Below, one piece after another: positions 60,901-64,000 of a stretch of 64,000 nt of DNA (position 1 is the first letter of the stretch; each line of letters opens with the position of its first letter). Source of the DNA: Squalus acanthias (taxonomy: Eukaryota); assembly GCA_030390025.1 (NCBI GenBank), contig CM059433.1:25670001-25734000 (forward strand), written 5' to 3'. Below the pieces are notes generated by a model. The model saw only the letters and a list, made by a program, of their open reading frames with translations, was not told the origin of the DNA and did not search any database. The position numbers and the translations under genes are program-made.

Positions 60901-61170
60901 CCGAGATACAGACCATACGGACAAGGCAACATTCGCAACCCTTGGCAGCCATGTTGGATTGAGCAGCTGTTTGTTCCTAATAAAGAACTCACAGCACCAT
61001 AGACACTCAGAGTACTTGTGACAAAAGATGTAGAAATGGGAGTGCAGGACAGACCTTTCCAGCAGAATTGCCCCAAATTGGGATGTTCATTGTCAGGGAT
61101 TGAAGCTGCTTAATGATGTCATCAGGAAGTTGCTCTGACATTGTGACATTTGTTCCACTCGTCTCTCCTT
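54990..61170 (-). pseudogene. MROH1: MROH1-like processed pseudogene, copy 6 (split by LINE ~56126-57680)
   Basis: ORFs 60272..60751, 59741..60163, 58716..59051, 58191..58493 and 55742..56143. Confidence 0.8.
56126..57680 (+). mobile_element. CR1-group LINE fragment (unit copy, extra deletions)
   Basis: ORFs 56112..56633 and 56611..57042. Confidence 0.85.
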
Positions 61171-61530
61171 TAAACCCTTGTTGTCTATTGCCTACCACCC
61201 CAGATTTCTCACCCACAAATCCTCCCTGTTTTCCTCCTTCAGCCTCTGCACTCAGTGACTCCTCATCCTCGGTCATTTCAATCTCCATCTCAACTCCCCT
61301 TATCCTTTCTCCTCCGATTTTACTGCCCTCCTGTTGTCCCTTAAACACTCCTACCCATCACGTCCACCCCTCTACTTTGCCTTCTCTCCTGGCCTCACTA
61401 CTTGCATGGTCTTAATCACTGACAAGGCCATGTTTGACCATTGATTTTATCAACCGTAACCCCCCCATCACCTTCCAACCTTATTTTCATCTGTGTCCAC
61501 ACCTGCAAAAAACCCTCTTACAGGAAGATA

Positions 61531-62513
61531 GCGTGTAAAGTTAAGGCACATGGGATTGGGGGCAAGGTATTGACTTGGATAGAGAACTGGTTGGCGGACA
61601 GAAAACAGAGAGTAGGAATTAATGGGTCTTTTTCCGAGTGGCAGGCAGTGACTAGTGGGGTACCGCAGGGATCGGTCCTTGGACCCCAGCTATTCACAAT
61701 ATACATTAATGATCTAGATAAGGGAACTAAATGTAATATCTCCAAGTTTGCAGATGACACAAAGCTGGGTGGGCACGTGTTCTGCGAGGAGGATACTGAC
61801 AAACTCCAGGATGATTTGGACAGGTTGGGTGAGTGGGCAGAAGCGTGGCAGATGCAATATAACGTGGATAAATGTGAGATTATCCACTTTGATGTCAAAA
61901 ACAGAAAGGCAGACTATTATCTGAATGGCAATAGATTGGGAGAAGGGGAAGTGCAACGAGACCTGGGTGTCCTTGTGCACCAGTCGCTGAAGGTAAGCAC
62001 GCAGGTGCAGCAGGCGGTGAAGAAGGCAAATGGTATGTTGGCCTTCAGAGCGAAAGGGGTTGAGTATAGGAACAGGGATGTCCTGCAGTTGTACAGGGCC
62101 TTGGTGAAACCACACCTTGAGTACTGTGTGCAGTTTTGGTCGCCTTATCTGAGGAAGGATGTTCCTGCCATGGAAGGAGTTCAGCGAAGATTCACAAGGC
62201 TGATACCTGGGATGGCAGGAATGACATATGAGGAGAGATTGGGTCGATTGGGCTTATACTCGCTGGAGTATAGAAGAATGAGAGGGGATCTCATTGAAAC
62301 ATATACAATTCTGACAGGTCTGGACAAACTAGATGCAGGAAGAATGTTCCTGATGGTCGGAGACTCCAGAACCAGGGGTCATAATCTAAGGATAAGGGGT
62401 AAGCCATTTAGGACAGAAATGAGGAAGAATTTCTTCACCCAGAGAGTGGTGAACCTGTGGAATTCTCTACCACAGAAGGTAGTTGAGGCCAAGTCATTAA
62501 ATATATTCAAGAA
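61531..62513 (+). mobile_element. Canonical CR1 (HER1-like) LINE, 5'-truncated RT/C-terminal fragment, interrupted by an LTR
   Basis: WIENWLADRKQRVGING...GVPQGSVLGP...FADDTKLGG...LYRALVKPHLEYCVQFWSP...RMRGDLIETY; inserted after ggaagata, where the other units continue cgtaca. Confidence 0.9.
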
Positions 62514-64000
62514 TGTAGAATTCGCAAAATTATCGCGATTTTATAAAAATAAGAAGGAGACATAAAGTTTCGTATAAACAGCTTTATTTCAGCAGAATGC
62601 TGTCAGGTTTCAAAACGGACACAAACAGCCTGTAAAATGGCCACCACACCTCGTGGCAGAAAGTTCTAGACTTTCAGTAGGCAGACAAGATGGCGCTTTA
62701 ATAAACATTTCAGCAAGATCGAACAGGACTCAGCACATTTGAGTTAATGACAAGACATGATGGGTTTGCATTTTAAACATAAATACTGGAATCGGTCTCC
62801 CAGGTGCAAACAAGGGCTATTGTACTGAGCGATCAAGGACCCATCCAAAGACATTAATATGCAAAATCCCCACGGCTCTACGATGAGAGAGCCGTTCGCG
62901 GGTACTCACAGCAAGCATTTGGAAGCCCCAAAACCCCTCCAGGGAGACTACTAGCCAGTTCCACAATGGGAGAAATATTAACGGGTACTCAGACAGTTAC
63001 AAGTGTCACCAAAACCCATTAAAGACTGAGATCACCCCATACAAGAAGTTTGAGCGCCAAAACCCTGACAAAGGATAGACATTAAGATTGGGCGGGAAAA
63101 GAGGAATTACTGCACTATAACTGTAAAGTACAACCGTCCATCTCTCTCTTGCTGCTTTGACTCGCTGGAAGGCTGCTGAACTTTTATTCTCTTGCCTGAC
63201 GACTCTGGACTCTGATCCGCTAGGATCAACCTCGTGGCTTGTCGCAAAGATCTGTGGAGAACTGGGCTGTGAGGCCTGGAGGCGGGCGCACCATCCCGAG
63301 GAGTCGGTAAACGGTGTTGGAACCGAAGGCCCGAGAGGAGATGAGATGAGATGAGATGAGAAGAAGACTACACGTGTCGCCACGGTCAGTAAGCCCTGAC
63401 CGCGCCTAAAAATCTACGGACCATTTTCGAATTCTATCGGCTACTCCACAACTGGCCCGAGAAGACTATTCTTCGAGTTCTACAGGCAACTGGTGTAGGA
63501 CACAGGAAGACTCTTTTTTGAGTAGTATCAGAACTCCGAGGACAACACAGATCTTCATGACAGCAGACGGTCCAGCCTGCTAGCCGGAGCAGAAGCGAGT
63601 AAACAAGTGGGGTACAGAGACCCCTGTTCAACACGTGCATAGTCAGGTGCTGCGGTAAAATCATCCGAGCAGAGTTTCGGAATCCTCCGAGTTATCACGA
63701 GTGGTGAGCATGAGTCTCGATCCTACAAATCTAGATTAGGACAGGTATTGATAGGGGAGGGTTTAAGTTTTAAGGATAATTATAATGTGTGTCCCCTTTT
63801 ACGATGTGTCGCGCGCTCCTCGTTTCCCTAAAATTAGTTTCATAACTGTGTGTAAGATTGTACTGTCATTAATCTGTGCTTTTGACATGTATCTCGTAAT
63901 CTTGAATAATATGCAATAAAGATTTTCCATTTCGCACTATTCAACCGGGTCTACCTGAGTTTTCTCTGCATTATTGCTCTCGCACCTAAGTCCAGTGTCA
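62514..64000 (+). mobile_element. LTR of a sister subfamily of the lokiretrovirus-like ERV (5' or solo LTR, truncated by the window end)
   Basis: Starts TGTAGAATTCGCAA; collinear with 17183-18690 but with many substitutions and indels; no PPT upstream. Confidence 0.85.

Noticed and set aside
3030..61170. Functional MROH1 gene or exons
   Set aside because: Every copy has multiple stops and frameshifts plus a LINE insertion; the fragments abut without intron structure
61441..62565. 374 aa ORF as an intact gene
   Set aside because: It is a 5'-truncated CR1 RT fragment; its N-terminus comes from the array unit and its stop from the inserted LTR
63006..63664. ORFs within the second LTR as accessory genes
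   Set aside because: No equivalent ORFs in the sister LTR; no motifs

Overview
Eukaryotic vertebrate DNA, most likely shark or ray: it carries HE1-SINE/HER1-like tails and CR1- and L2-type LINEs of the kind seen in elasmobranchs. The host call is an inference. The window is a head-to-tail tandem array of a ~7.4-10 kb unit. Each unit is [L2 LINE fragment (-)] - [TG-rich microsatellite] - [intronless, disrupted MROH1/HEATR7A retrocopy (-) split by a CR1-group LINE (+)], with 6 near-complete or 5'-truncated copies plus one partial. Copy-specific insertions are a PIF/Harbinger-like MITE, a 1.49 kb solo LTR (duplicated by a recent 7.4 kb tandem duplication), a canonical CR1 fragment and SINE tails. 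The highlight is a young, apparently intact 12.7 kb endogenous retrovirus at 17183-29879, with 1666 bp near-identical LTRs and a GTAC TSD. Its gag has overlapping PSAP/PPxY late domains and a CCHC knuckle. Its pol is in frame behind a single UGA-CUAG readthrough stop and encodes PR-RT-tether-RNaseH-IN. Its env looks like a Mononegavirales F-type class I fusion protein with an N-terminal Ig-like domain. This architecture best matches a lokiretrovirus-like lineage. A diverged sister LTR starts at 62514 and runs off the window.
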